Shown: positions 44,835 to 54,050, numbered from the stretch's first letter. The stretch: DNA of 64,000 nucleotides from Candidatus Methylacidiphilales bacterium (GCA_040397385.1 JBBAWB010000005.1:78680-142679), one strand, 5' to 3'. Numbers and translations are program-made. Notes: a model not told the origin generated them from the letters alone.

Positions 44835-45071
44835 ATGGCCACCTATATCTATGAGACCATTCCCTCCAAACCGTCCGAGCAACCCATCCAGTTCGAAATT
44901 CAGCACTCCATGAAAGATTCTGCTCTGACCCACCATCCTCAAACAGGCCAACCCATCCGCCGACTGATCACTGGCGGCCTCGGCATTATGGGCTTTTCCT
45001 CCGAAACTTCCCCCTCGGCCTCTTCCTCTGCGGGCCACGGATGCGGTTCTGGCTCCTGCGGTTGCCACTAA
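44835..45071 (+). CDS. FmdB-like small protein lacking the zinc-ribbon cysteines, with a Cys/His-rich tail
   Basis: 78 aa. 'MATYIYE...QFEIQHSMKDSALTHHPQTGQPIRRLITG' parallels the FmdB/CxxC_CxxC_SSSS layout (MPxYEYxCxxCG..FE......L..CPxCG..L.RLIS) but has no Cys there. A Ser-rich linker follows, then the C-terminal 'GHGCGSGSCGCH'. Confidence 0.55.
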   Translation: MATYIYETIPSKPSEQPIQFEIQHSMKDSALTHHPQTGQPIRRLITGGLGIMGFSSETSPSASSSAGHGCGSGSCGCH

Positions 45072-45086
45072 CCCACCGATAAAAAC

Positions 45087-45103
45087 CAAGGCCAATGGCC
45101 TTG
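45087..45103. terminator. hairpin between convergent genes (candidate terminator)
   Basis: CAAGGCC-AAT-GGCCTTG forms a 7-bp stem, 16 nt after the 44835-45071 stop and 21 nt after the GPP34 stop on the other strand. Confidence 0.3.
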
Positions 45104-45123
45104 CGGAATAATTAGGACCGAAA

Positions 45124-45774
45124 CTAAACCGAGTAGAGAACCGCTCGCATTACCGCCTCTTGTACCTCGGCCACCGACTTGGAGACCGCCCGCCCAATGA
45201 GATCCATCTTGGAAACTTCCGCCACTCTTGCACTGTACTTCAGTAGCTCCGCATCTGAGAAAACCGTCAACAACAACTGACACGCGCTCGCTAGACTGAT
45301 TAAAACCACATCTCTTGGATTTGGCACCTCACCCTCCACAATGACCGCTTCAATCCGCTTCCGAACTTCCCGCTCCTCTTGATCGTTGACCATTGGATAG
45401 CGCCTCCCGGGAATTACCCATAGAATCTTCTTCTCCTCTTTCTTCAGTACCCCGCGAGCCACCAACTTTGCTAGTGCCGCTTCGCGTAACTTTTCGCCAT
45501 CCGCAGAAAAAACTCCCACCCAATACTTTGCATCCTTCTTGTCCGTCGCCGCTACAACCTGCGCTAAGAGCGGATCCAGCATTTTGTCTCCCGTAGGCTT
45601 CTCGCTGACCAAGGTCAAATGAGTTAAATCCGTGTCGATTCGGCTTTGAAAGGCCAGCTCCAAAAGCGCCGCTCCGGCTAAAGCCTGATCCAATGCCAAG
45701 GGCGGTAGATCAAAAAACTTTCCACTCTTATCATCCAAAGCCAACAAAACGATCTCTTCCATGAAAGTAAGCAC
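45124..45774 (-). CDS. GPP34/GOLPH3-family protein
   Basis: 216 aa (GTG start; ATG alternative at 45762). 'EEIVLLALDDKSGKF....LDQALAGAALLELAFQSRI' and the overall helical layout match bacterial GPP34 (PF05719-type) proteins as I recall them. Confidence 0.8.
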   Translation of the reverse strand: MLTFMEEIVLLALDDKSGKFFDLPPLALDQALAGAALLELAFQSRIDTDLTHLTLVSEKPTGDKMLDPLLAQVVAATDKKDAKYWVGVFSADGEKLREAALAKLVARGVLKKEEKKILWVIPGRRYPMVNDQEEREVRKRIEAVIVEGEVPNPRDVVLISLASACQLLLTVFSDAELLKYSARVAEVSKMDLIGRAVSKSVAEVQEAVMRAVLYSV

Positions 45775-45857
45775 CCCACTACTATTCTCCGAACCTTTGG
45801 CGGGACAAGAACTCTCTTCCCAACTTGACCCCGCCCATTTTGCTCTAACTTAGTCCT

Positions 45858-47390
45858 ATGCGCTTAATCTGGATCCTTGGAGACCAACTCCTCCCCTCCC
45901 ACCCCCTCCTCCCATCCCCCGCCCCAGATCTTCTCGTCGGTATGATCGAATCTGCTCCGCGCGGTTCCCACATCCGCTACCACCAGCAAAAACTCACCCT
46001 TCTCTACTCCGCGATGCGCCACTACGCCGCCGATCTAAAAAAACGTAAATTCAACACCCTCTATCACCACCTCAGCGACTCCTCCGATCAGGCCGACTAC
46101 AGCACAGTTCTTGCTACTTGGGTCAAACAGCACCGAATCCAAGAAATCCATCTCCTCGACCCCAACGAGTTCGACACCCTGCACTCTCTCCCCACGCTTT
46201 CAAAAAAACTAGGAATTCCCGTCCAACGACATTCAAGTCCTCAGTTTCTCGTGTCTCGAGAAGAGTTTCAATCGTGGGCTCAAGGAAAGAAGCACCTCCT
46301 TATGGAGACCCACTACCGCCGGCTCCGAACCGAAAGGAACATCCTCCTCGATTCCCAAGGCAAACCCGAGGGCGGTGATTGGAATCTCGACGACCAGAAC
46401 CGCCGCACCTTCCGCGAATTCGCAAAGGAAAAACCAAAAGTTCCTCCCTTGCCCCGTCCCGTGAAGGACCCGATCGTTCAGGAGGTAGCAGCCCAAGTAG
46501 GTAAACTTTTTCCCCATCATCCTGGCAAAGCAGCCGACCTATGGGTTCCCACCACCCGCGAAGGGGCCTTGGATTGGCTTAAACTTTTTATTCGTCAACG
46601 ACTGGAAAAGTTTGGCTCATGGGAGGACACGATGGTGGATGGCGAACCCATACTCTTCCACTCCGTTCTCTCGCCTCTCTTGAATCTGGGTCTACTCACT
46701 CCACTTGAGTGCATCCAAGCAGCCGAAAAAGCCTACCGCGACGGTAAAGCCCCGCTCAACTCGGTGGAGGGTTTCATTCGACAAATCCTTGGCTGGCGGG
46801 AGTTCATTCACGGAATCTACTGGCTGAAAATGCCTGAGTATCGTGAGGTTAACTTCCTTGGGGCTAATCGCCCTTTGCCACGATGGGCCTATACGGGCGA
46901 GACCGAGATGCGCTGCGTATCCCAAGCCATCCATGGCGCAATCGATCACGCCTACAACCACCACATTCAACGACTGATGGTCCTGGGCAACTTTTTCCTC
47001 CTTGGCGGATACGAGCCCAAAGCGGTTCTCCGCTGGTACAGTGAAATGTATCTCGATGCCTACGACTGGGTCATGGTGCCTAACGTCCTCGGCATGATCC
47101 TCTTTGCCGACGGGGGCTTCTTTGCCACCAAACCCTACGCCGCAGGCGCCGCTTATCAGGATAAAATGGGCAACCACTGTGCCTCCTGCCAGTTCGACCC
47201 CAAACAGCGTGAAGGCCCCCAAGCTTGCCCCTTCCACTCCCTCTACTGGAACTTCTTTGGGCAGCACGCAAAGCTTTTTGGCAAAAACCCCCGAATCGGT
47301 ATGATGGTGAAGTTATGGGAGAAAAAGTCACCCGCCGATCAAACCCAGATCCGTCAAAACGCTCAGCGCTTCCTCAGCCAACAAGCGTAA
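45858..47390 (+). CDS. FeS-containing bacterial cryptochrome/photolyase family protein (PhrB/CryB-like, COG3046)
   Basis: 510 aa with 'MRLIWILGDQL', 'HHIQRLMVLGNF', 'YDWVMVPNVLGM' and the C-terminal Cys cluster 'CASCQFD....CPFHSLYW'. Confidence 0.9.
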   Translation: MRLIWILGDQLLPSHPLLPSPAPDLLVGMIESAPRGSHIRYHQQKLTLLYSAMRHYAADLKKRKFNTLYHHLSDSSDQADYSTVLATWVKQHRIQEIHLLDPNEFDTLHSLPTLSKKLGIPVQRHSSPQFLVSREEFQSWAQGKKHLLMETHYRRLRTERNILLDSQGKPEGGDWNLDDQNRRTFREFAKEKPKVPPLPRPVKDPIVQEVAAQVGKLFPHHPGKAADLWVPTTREGALDWLKLFIRQRLEKFGSWEDTMVDGEPILFHSVLSPLLNLGLLTPLECIQAAEKAYRDGKAPLNSVEGFIRQILGWREFIHGIYWLKMPEYREVNFLGANRPLPRWAYTGETEMRCVSQAIHGAIDHAYNHHIQRLMVLGNFFLLGGYEPKAVLRWYSEMYLDAYDWVMVPNVLGMILFADGGFFATKPYAAGAAYQDKMGNHCASCQFDPKQREGPQACPFHSLYWNFFGQHAKLFGKNPRIGMMVKLWEKKSPADQTQIRQNAQRFLSQQA

Positions 47391-48787
47391 AGTCTTCCTT
47401 CTCTAGTTTACTTCTGCCCACTGCCCTTTTTCTCGGTTTCCTTCTCGGTACCTTTTTTGGCCGTCCCCTCCTCTTCTCGCCCTCTTCCGAATCTTCTTCC
47501 TCTCCCCAGACCCCCACCTCCTCCGACTCCAATCCGAAAAAGCCAACTATCCCTCCCACCCAAATCGTCAGTTCCGGAAAAAAAGAAAAGGGCTGGGACG
47601 AAAAAACCATACAATCTCTTTCCCTTTCTGAGATTCGCACACGGCTCTCACAACTATCCACCTGGTCTCCTGGACCTGGCGCCGACCAAGCCGAACGGTG
47701 GCTCATCCAGCGGTGGGCCACCCTCGAGCCCGCCGCCGCCTGCCAATACGCCTACACCGCTGTCCTGCAAGGCGCAGAGGAGGGTCTTCTCATGGACGCT
47801 TTAGCGATCTGGGCCAACGCAAAACCTTCCGAAGCTGCCCGCTGGGCGGGAAACTTAGGCTCCCCCTCCCTTCGCGACTCAGCCATCCGCACCGTCTACG
47901 CCGTCTGGGCTAAAAAAGATTCCACCGCCGCCGCCCAAAGTATCTCCTCACTCCGCCCCGCCTCCGCCCGCGGAATCGCCAGCGCCGCCACCGCCCCGCC
48001 TCATGCGGGAAAGAATTTCGCCAGCGCCATGCTCTGGGCAAGGGCTTTGCCAGGACCTCTTCGTGAAAAAACCCTCGATGCCATTCTCGGCGAGTGGACC
48101 CGCCGAGATCCAGCTGGAGCCGCCAGCTGGCTGATCGGTCAACCTGGAGACGTCCAGTGGGCCCTCATTGCAAAATTAGCCGCAGATTGGGTAAGAAAAG
48201 ACCCCTCCGCCGCCCTCTCCTGGGGATTAGGCCAATCCACCGAAATCAGCCTTGGCTCGAAATTGGCAGTCGGTCCTATTCAACGAAAGTTTTTCGAGGC
48301 GGCCTTAGGCACCTTGATCGGAACCGATCCACAAGGTGCCGCCAACTGGCTGGCCAGTCCCACGGGACAACCTTTCTTTACCAGCCGCATCGGTTCAGTC
48401 GCAGGACGCTGGACCTCAATGGATCCACAAGAAGCCGTTAACTGGTCCCTCTCCCTACCAAAAGAGTCGGACCGTGACTCCGCCATCCGTGCAGTCGCAA
48501 CAACTTGGGCCAGAACGGACCCCCAAGCCGCAGGTCAGTGGGTTCGAAGTTTGACTAGTCCAGCCCTGCGCGACACCGCCCTCAACGCCTACTGCGGCTC
48601 TCTCTCCCCTTACGATGCAGCGTCTGCCGCCCAATGGGCGGTAGAAATCACCAGCCCCAATCTCAGAAATGGTGCCGTGGAATCGGCTGTTAATCGCTGG
48701 ATGCAGTACGATCCCGCCGCGGCTCGCCAATTTATTCTCAGCACCACTGCACTGGATCAAGCCAGCAAGGAAAGACTTTTACGCTAA
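47315..48787 (+). CDS. membrane-anchored helical-repeat protein of unknown function
   Basis: It has an N-terminal TM ('LLLPTALFLGFLLGTFF'), a Ser/Pro linker, then about eight repeats of a ~37-aa unit with W..(K/R/T)DP..A..W. The start is uncertain: it overlaps the photolyase 3' end by 76 nt if ATG 47315 is used. Confidence 0.65.
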   Translation: MGEKVTRRSNPDPSKRSALPQPTSVKSSFSSLLLPTALFLGFLLGTFFGRPLLFSPSSESSSSPQTPTSSDSNPKKPTIPPTQIVSSGKKEKGWDEKTIQSLSLSEIRTRLSQLSTWSPGPGADQAERWLIQRWATLEPAAACQYAYTAVLQGAEEGLLMDALAIWANAKPSEAARWAGNLGSPSLRDSAIRTVYAVWAKKDSTAAAQSISSLRPASARGIASAATAPPHAGKNFASAMLWARALPGPLREKTLDAILGEWTRRDPAGAASWLIGQPGDVQWALIAKLAADWVRKDPSAALSWGLGQSTEISLGSKLAVGPIQRKFFEAALGTLIGTDPQGAANWLASPTGQPFFTSRIGSVAGRWTSMDPQEAVNWSLSLPKESDRDSAIRAVATTWARTDPQAAGQWVRSLTSPALRDTALNAYCGSLSPYDAASAAQWAVEITSPNLRNGAVESAVNRWMQYDPAAARQFILSTTALDQASKERLLR

Positions 48788-48812
48788 GAGATCAGATTTT
48801 GCGCCCTACGAC

Positions 48813-49343
48813 TCACCTTTGATTCCATGGCATCTTCGCCAAAAACAATCCCATCCCACACCAATCGGTTATTCCTGAGAAAATCAAACCCGCCCCGACA
48901 AAGCCGCTAAGAAAAAACCAGAGCGGATCGACCCATGAACCCAGCACTACCCCAAGTAGTGCCATAGATCCCGCCCCGATCCTCACCTGACGCTCGATCG
49001 AAATCACTCCTTTACCCCGCACCACAGACAAACCAGCCGCTTCCCAAGCCTTGGTGCCACCCTCCACTACCAGACAGTGGGGAATTCCCTCAGCCAGAAA
49101 TTTCTCCGCCGCCCTCCGTGCTCGCGTTCCACCCGCACACAGAAATACCGCTGGAGATTGGGCACTGATCCCTAAATCGATCGCGATTTTTTTAGGCTGA
49201 AGTCCATCTAAGGGATAAAGCAAAGCCCCTGTGACATGTACCTGCTGAAACTCTCCAGAAGATCGAACATCCATAAAGTGCATTCGCTCCCCTGCCAACC
49301 GCCGAGCCTCCACCTGCTCGGGCTTCATGACCACTATCTCCAT
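48813..49343 (-). CDS. rhodanese-domain protein with C-terminal DUF2892 membrane domain (YgaP-like)
   Basis: I trimmed it to 'MEIVVMKPEQ'. The rhodanese part is 'FMDVRSSGEF...FLCAGGTRARRAA' (active-site Cys loop). The C-terminus 'ERQVRIGAG...GITDWCGM' is DUF2892-like. Confidence 0.8.
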   Translation of the reverse strand: MEIVVMKPEQVEARRLAGERMHFMDVRSSGEFQQVHVTGALLYPLDGLQPKKIAIDLGISAQSPAVFLCAGGTRARRAAEKFLAEGIPHCLVVEGGTKAWEAAGLSVVRGKGVISIERQVRIGAGSMALLGVVLGSWVDPLWFFLSGFVGAGLIFSGITDWCGMGLFLAKMPWNQR

Positions 49344-49487
49344 ACGCCCCACCTTACGCCTCCACCCAACCCAACTCAAACCATCCCAATCCATCAACAA
49401 CCTATAGCTGTTGCAATTGTAACACGTATAGGGAGACCTTTTTTTAGGCCTCACTCCTGAAATAAAGTTGTTAGGATCTCCTCCGCT

Positions 49488-50054
49488 GTGCTCCTCGCCT
49501 TTCACAAACCCTATGGGGTGATTTCCCAATTCACCCCAGATGGCTCACCCAACCGCACCCTGGCTGAATTTGGGTTCCCAAAAGATGTTTACCCCCTTGG
49601 TCGACTTGATGCGGATTCGGAAGGCCTCCTCCTTCTCAGCGACGAACCAAGCCTCAACACCCGTCTCCTCGATCCCCAACACGCCCATCCCCGCCGCTAC
49701 TGGGCCCAAGTCGAAGGAGTTCCTGCTTCTTCCTCAATCGAAAAACTGTCGCACGGCGTTTCCATGGGAGAGCACCAAGCTCTTCCCTGCCGTGTTTGGC
49801 TCCTCGATCCCCAGCCCAACCTTCCGCCCCGCGATCCTCCCATCCGAATCAGAAAAACCGTTCCCGATTCTTGGATCGCCCTTGAATTGATCGAAGGCAA
49901 AAACCGACAAGTCCGTAAGATGACCGCCACCATTGGCCATCCCACCCTGCGGTTGCTTCGTGTCCAGATTGGCAGTTTCCAACTAGGAAACCTCCCTCCT
50001 AGCCAGTGGAAGGAACTTACCCCTCCCGAACGGGACCAGGTTTTTTCGAAATAA
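49488..50054 (+). CDS. rluE: 23S rRNA pseudouridine synthase RluE-like
   Basis: 188 aa with a GTG start. '[11 protein letters not shown]', catalytic '[13 protein letters not shown]', '[40 protein letters not shown]' align closely by eye with E. coli RluE. Confidence 0.88.
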   Translation: MLLAFHKPYGVISQFTPDGSPNRTLAEFGFPKDVYPLGRLDADSEGLLLLSDEPSLNTRLLDPQHAHPRRYWAQVEGVPASSSIEKLSHGVSMGEHQALPCRVWLLDPQPNLPPRDPPIRIRKTVPDSWIALELIEGKNRQVRKMTATIGHPTLRLLRVQIGSFQLGNLPPSQWKELTPPERDQVFSK

Positions 50055-50199
50055 CATTACGCCGACACGCGTCACTGCAGTACTTCACCTCAACCCAATC
50101 CCGCTCCCACTTTTTCCTCCAAGAAAAAGGTCGCCCGCACCTTAGGCAAATTTTTTGCGGTAAATCCTGTTTAGAGACACTCTTTCCGTCTCGTCGCAC
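50017..50199 (-). CDS. DUF2256 zinc-ribbon protein
   Basis: 60 aa with a GTG start, 2 nt downstream of the yebC stop. '[32 protein letters not shown]' matches the DUF2256 signature. It overlaps the rluE 3' end convergently by 38 nt. Confidence 0.7.
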   Translation of the reverse strand: MRRDGKSVSKQDLPQKICLRCGRPFSWRKKWERDWVEVKYCSDACRRNVISKKPGPVREG

Positions 50200-50201
50200 G
50201 A

Positions 50202-50930
50202 TTAACGGACCGCTGCCCAGATGCGGTGCACGTCATCGTGGTCTTCGAGCGATTGTAAAAAAGTCCCCACTTCTGCACGACTCTCATCCCCTAACTCTGG
50301 ATAATTCTTCGGCACGTAGCCCAACTCGCTCGTCACCACGGTCCAACCATTCGCCTTGAGCCACTGGGCGACCGAATGGACCGCCGAGCGCTCGGTTAAA
50401 AATCTCGCCCCGCAAGTGCCTGCTGGAACTTCATCGTTTTGTTCGTGGGAGAGCGCCTCCACCTCGTTTGCCCCCGCCTCTATCCCCGCCTCCTCGCAAT
50501 CTTTTGCACTATCGGGATGATGCCCTTCCACGATGCCCACTTGTTCAAAGAGAAACCGATTACTGCCCGAAGCTCCCAGATGGCCCGCTTTAAATAGAAA
50601 ACGAATTTCAGGAGCCGTGCGATTATGATTATCTGTGTAGACCTCGAGAATCAGAGGCACCTTGTGCGGGGCATACCCCTCGAAAACCATGTGCTCAAGA
50701 CTATCTTTGCCCCCCTCTGTTCCTGAACCCTTCTGCACCGCTCTCTCGATAATGTCCCTCGAGACGCTTTCTTTTCTCGCCCGTTCCAAAGCCGCCGCCA
50801 AACGGGAATTCAAGGTAGGATCCGCCCCCAGACGGGCCGCTAAAGTAATTTCGCGAACAAACTTGCTCGTTGTCTTGGATTTTTTGAGTGAGGCCACCTC
50901 CCTCTTCGCATGCAACCACTGTCTTCCCAT
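50202..50930 (-). CDS. yebC: YebC/PmpR-family transcriptional/translational regulator
   Basis: 242 aa with '[38 protein letters not shown]', typical of YebC/TACO1. Confidence 0.92.
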   Translation of the reverse strand: MGRQWLHAKREVASLKKSKTTSKFVREITLAARLGADPTLNSRLAAALERARKESVSRDIIERAVQKGSGTEGGKDSLEHMVFEGYAPHKVPLILEVYTDNHNRTAPEIRFLFKAGHLGASGSNRFLFEQVGIVEGHHPDSAKDCEEAGIEAGANEVEALSHEQNDEVPAGTCGARFLTERSAVHSVAQWLKANGWTVVTSELGYVPKNYPELGDESRAEVGTFLQSLEDHDDVHRIWAAVR

Positions 50931-50962
50931 GGAAATATCCTAAACGAACACCCCTGCCCGAC

Positions 50963-51775
50963 TCAACCCCGCAGGATGGCTTTCGCCACGTTTCCCTCTC
51001 CCTTGGTATTCAAGGCACCTGCTTTTACTGCAGTTTGCAAGGTTCTCTCCATCGTCCATTTTTGAATCTCTCCATAAAGAATCGTAGCCGTCACCACATC
51101 GCCAGATCCTGTCGCATCTAAAACTCTGACCCGAGGTGCAGAAAAAAAGATTCGCCCACTATTCAACTTGGCCGCCAGTCCATCTTTTCCCAAGGTCACC
51201 ACCACACCATTCGTTTCATTTCCCTTTAGACTTCGGATGCAACGATCGACCCCCTTCAAACCTGTCGTCTCCTCTGCCTCCGCAAGATTGCATTTGATCC
51301 AGTCCACCCCTGCCTCCACCGCTTCCCGTAAAAGCGCCCCTCGGCTATCCACCAAAACGGATACTCCCTTTTTTTGTAAATCGCTGATCAATTTCTTCCA
51401 CCAACCTTTGGGCCACCCCGTTGCCGAACTCCCCGCTACCACCCACCAGTCCCCTTTTCGCAAAACTTGCCTCCAATATTTTCCAATCTTAGCCCAGCCC
51501 GTGAGGTTAATTTCTGGATCCATCGTAAAAAAATCGATCCTCTCCTCCCCCTCCCTCACCAAAGCCCATCCCGTCCTTTCTTTGGGGTCTGACCCTACGT
51601 CTGACCCCGAAACCAAGGAGTCGAAGATGGTTTTTGAAATCGCAAGAATTCCCCACGCCCGAAGCTGACGAGCTACATTCCGGCCTTTCCCCCCATCCGA
51701 TACCTCCACCCGCCCCGAACCCACAACAAACTTTCTCTCCCGAACCGGGTTGGGTGTAAAACACCACACCCTCAT
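50963..51775 (-). CDS. PfkB-family sugar(-phosphate) kinase
   Basis: I trimmed it to the ATG at 51775, which removes the overlap with fbaB. It has 'GGKGRNVARQL' and the C-terminal 'DATGSGDVVTA' (PfkB signature 2). Confidence 0.8.
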   Translation of the reverse strand: MRVWCFTPNPVRERKFVVGSGRVEVSDGGKGRNVARQLRAWGILAISKTIFDSLVSGSDVGSDPKERTGWALVREGEERIDFFTMDPEINLTGWAKIGKYWRQVLRKGDWWVVAGSSATGWPKGWWKKLISDLQKKGVSVLVDSRGALLREAVEAGVDWIKCNLAEAEETTGLKGVDRCIRSLKGNETNGVVVTLGKDGLAAKLNSGRIFFSAPRVRVLDATGSGDVVTATILYGEIQKWTMERTLQTAVKAGALNTKGEGNVAKAILRG

Positions 51776-51788
51776 AACCCCGTATACC

Positions 51789-52871
51789 TCAAGCGATGTC
51801 GATCTCCTTGGCCAGATAAACGTCTTGCACCGCATTCAGAAGTTCCACCCCCTCCTTCAGAGGCTTTTGGAACGCCTTGCGACCCGAAATCAGCCCCATT
51901 CCACCCGCACGCTTGTTGATCACCGCCGTTTTAATCGCCTCCTCTACATCATGCTTACCCGAGGCTCCACCCGAGTTGATTAAACCTGCCCGACCCGCAA
52001 AGCAGTTCAAAACCTGATACCGGCAAAGATCAATCGGGTGGTCCGATGAAAGTTCACTATAAATTCGAGGATCACTTTTCCCGTAGTCACTTCCTCCCAT
52101 TCGTAACGCCGTGTAACCCCCATTATTCTCAGGCAGCTTCTGCTTAATAATATCCGCCTGAATCGTCGAACCGATATGATTCGCTTGGCCCGTCAAATCT
52201 GCCGAAAGATGAAAATCCTTATCGTTCGTCTTAAAGGCAGGATTGCGCAGATAACACCAGAGCACAGTGTACATACCTAATTCATGCGCCACCGCAAAAG
52301 AGCGCGATATCTCCTCGATCTGCCGACCCGACTCTGGCGAGCCGAAGTAAATCGTCGCCCCCACACCCACCGCCCCCATGTCAAAAGCCTGCTTCACTCC
52401 CGCAAAAAGTTTCTCATCCGCTACATTCGGATAGGTCAACAACTCGTTATGGTTGATCTTAAGGATAAAAGGAATCTGATGGGCATACTTCCGAGCCACA
52501 GCTCCCAGAACTCCCAAAGTCGAAGCAACCGCGTTGCACCCTCCCTCGATCGCCAGCTTCACAATATTTTCTGGATCAAAATAATCAGGATTCGGTGCGA
52601 AGGAAGCCCCCGCCGAGTGCTCAATCCCTTGGTCTACTGGCAAAATCGATAAATATCCCGTCCCACCCAAACGACCGTGACTCAGGGTGTTTTGTAAGTT
52701 TCGTAGAACAGAAATCGATCGATCACTATCTCGCCAAACACGATTAATAAAATCTGGCCCAGGCAAGTGGAGTCGTGCCTTGGGCACAGTCCGACAAGTG
52801 TGGCCCAAGAGATTCTTGGCTTCCCCACCAAGATGCTTTTCCAGATCAGAAAATTTCACAATCCAATACAC
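51789..52871 (-). CDS. fbaB: class I fructose-bisphosphate aldolase (FbaB/DhnA type)
   Basis: 360 aa, near-collinear with E. coli FbaB: '[31 protein letters not shown]', '[13 protein letters not shown]', 'ADLTGQANH', '[18 protein letters not shown]'. Confidence 0.93.
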   Translation of the reverse strand: MYWIVKFSDLEKHLGGEAKNLLGHTCRTVPKARLHLPGPDFINRVWRDSDRSISVLRNLQNTLSHGRLGGTGYLSILPVDQGIEHSAGASFAPNPDYFDPENIVKLAIEGGCNAVASTLGVLGAVARKYAHQIPFILKINHNELLTYPNVADEKLFAGVKQAFDMGAVGVGATIYFGSPESGRQIEEISRSFAVAHELGMYTVLWCYLRNPAFKTNDKDFHLSADLTGQANHIGSTIQADIIKQKLPENNGGYTALRMGGSDYGKSDPRIYSELSSDHPIDLCRYQVLNCFAGRAGLINSGGASGKHDVEEAIKTAVINKRAGGMGLISGRKAFQKPLKEGVELLNAVQDVYLAKEIDIA

Positions 52872-52953
52872 TCCCTTTTTCCACCCTCCGGGTCAATCCT
52901 TCGCCTTGGCGTCCCCTCTTGCTCGTTTGCTTCGCCTCCCTACAATTAAACTG

Positions 52954-53151
52954 ATGACCCGTTGGCTGCTTTTGGTGGTTCTCGGACTTTTCCTTAACGG
53001 AAGTGGGCTTTCTCTGCTTGGCTGGGCCGCCTACCAAAAGTTCGCCGCCTGCGGGGAGTGGTTTTGGTCAGGCACCCTAGCCCTCGTTCTTTGTAATGCC
53101 GGTATCTGCTGCCTTGTCGGAGCTAAAAAACCCGAAAGTTCCTCAGACTGA
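52954..53151 (+). CDS. small two-TM membrane protein (possibly the N-terminal part of the next ORF)
   Basis: 65 aa from the ATG at 52954: 'MTRWLLLVVLGLFLNGSGLSLLGWAAY...GTLALVLCNAGICCLVGAKK'. The C-rich third positions fit plus-strand genes here. Confidence 0.4.
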   Translation: MTRWLLLVVLGLFLNGSGLSLLGWAAYQKFAACGEWFWSGTLALVLCNAGICCLVGAKKPESSSD

Positions 53152-54038
53152 ACTCACACTCCCATCCTCAACCCGCTCCCGAGCTCCCCGATTACGGAAA
53201 GGTCAGCCTCGTCCGCTACGATGACCACGACTACCTCCGCTGGTCTGAAGGTTTTGCCTTCCGCCGCCGACAAGAACGACAACGCTCGGGAAAAAAGCGA
53301 ATCGAGCCTGCCGCCCTCTCCGTTATCAGCTTCGCCGCAGAGTTCGGTATCCGCTCCATCCTTTCCCGCCACTTTCAATTAGGGGAACACCGCATTATTC
53401 GATATCAAGATCCCGAACATGGGGACCAACTTCGCGGCCGTAGCCGATTCCGCGAGCTGGATGCGGTCGCCTTCTCTGGCGGTAAAGCAACCACCGTGTT
53501 CGAGTTCAAACTCAGTGGCCTTGGCTCGGCTTCCGCGGTTTCCCGTGCCTCAAAACAGCTCCGCTCCGCCGCTGAAATGATCCGCCAAGGCTACGGCCAC
53601 ACCCCTAATATCGCCGTTGTCCTAATTCATGCAGGAGTTGGCCATCCCGATCTAGGGAAGCCAGGGGGTCGCTATGGAGTCCGTACCATGCCCTTAGAAA
53701 GAACCCGCCAAGACCGCTGGCCCGATCAGCCCATTCCCTGTTTTGTCTTCACCATGAAAGAGGCCATCGACGAAGCCCGCCGCATCGGCCACGAAGTAGA
53801 CCATGAACTAGAACGACGTGCCGCCCGCGAGGGCAAGCACGGCCTCAGCCAAGCCAAAGGCAAAGGAATCACCCTGCCCCGTCTTCCCATCGGCGAACTA
53901 TTGGCCGCCGTCAGTTGGCTGGCTCGCGGCCTCGTCAAGGGCGTCGCCCTAGTCGCCCGCAAAGTCACCCGCCGACGAACGGCCAGCCACGCTCCCTACC
54001 GCCGACGTCGTCGCGGTGGACGCGGCCGCCGCCACTAA
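53127..54038 (+). CDS. PD-(D/E)xK-like (restriction-endonuclease-fold) protein with an Arg-rich tail; start unresolved
   Basis: The frame is open from 53127. The track only calls 53496-54038 (GTG), but the upstream 123 codons have the same C-ending codon usage and contain no ATG/GTG/TTG. Motifs: 'ISFAAEFG', 'RELDAVAF', 'TTVFEFKLSG', 'SKQL' (E / D / ExK / Q order). The C-terminus is 'RRRTASHAPYRRRRRGGRGRRH'. Confidence 0.5.
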   Translation, partial: KTRKFLRLNSHSHPQPAPELPDYGKVSLVRYDDHDYLRWSEGFAFRRRQERQRSGKKRIEPAALSVISFAAEFGIRSILSRHFQLGEHRIIRYQDPEHGDQLRGRSRFRELDAVAFSGGKATTVFEFKLSGLGSASAVSRASKQLRSAAEMIRQGYGHTPNIAVVLIHAGVGHPDLGKPGGRYGVRTMPLERTRQDRWPDQPIPCFVFTMKEAIDEARRIGHEVDHELERRAAREGKHGLSQAKGKGITLPRLPIGELLAAVSWLARGLVKGVALVARKVTRRRTASHAPYRRRRRGGRGRRH

Positions 54039-54050
54039 ACTCAATCGGAT

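Noticed and set aside
50963-52871. I considered whether the PfkB kinase plus aldolase pair is the tagatose-6-P kinase / tagatose-bisphosphate aldolase that would complete a classical GalNAc pathway.
   Set aside because: The aldolase is collinear with E. coli FbaB (class I FBP aldolase, DhnA type), not with LacD or KbaY/GatY. The pair lies 38 kb away, among housekeeping genes. The kinase specificity cannot be read from the sequence, so it remains a caveat for the epimerase hypothesis rather than a finding.
53154-53378. A 74-aa minus-strand ORF lies in the region upstream of the track's 53496 start.
   Set aside because: The plus-strand frame over the same bases has the regional codon bias and continues into the PD-(D/E)xK-like motifs. 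The minus product is Gly/Asp/Glu/Ala-rich antisense noise.
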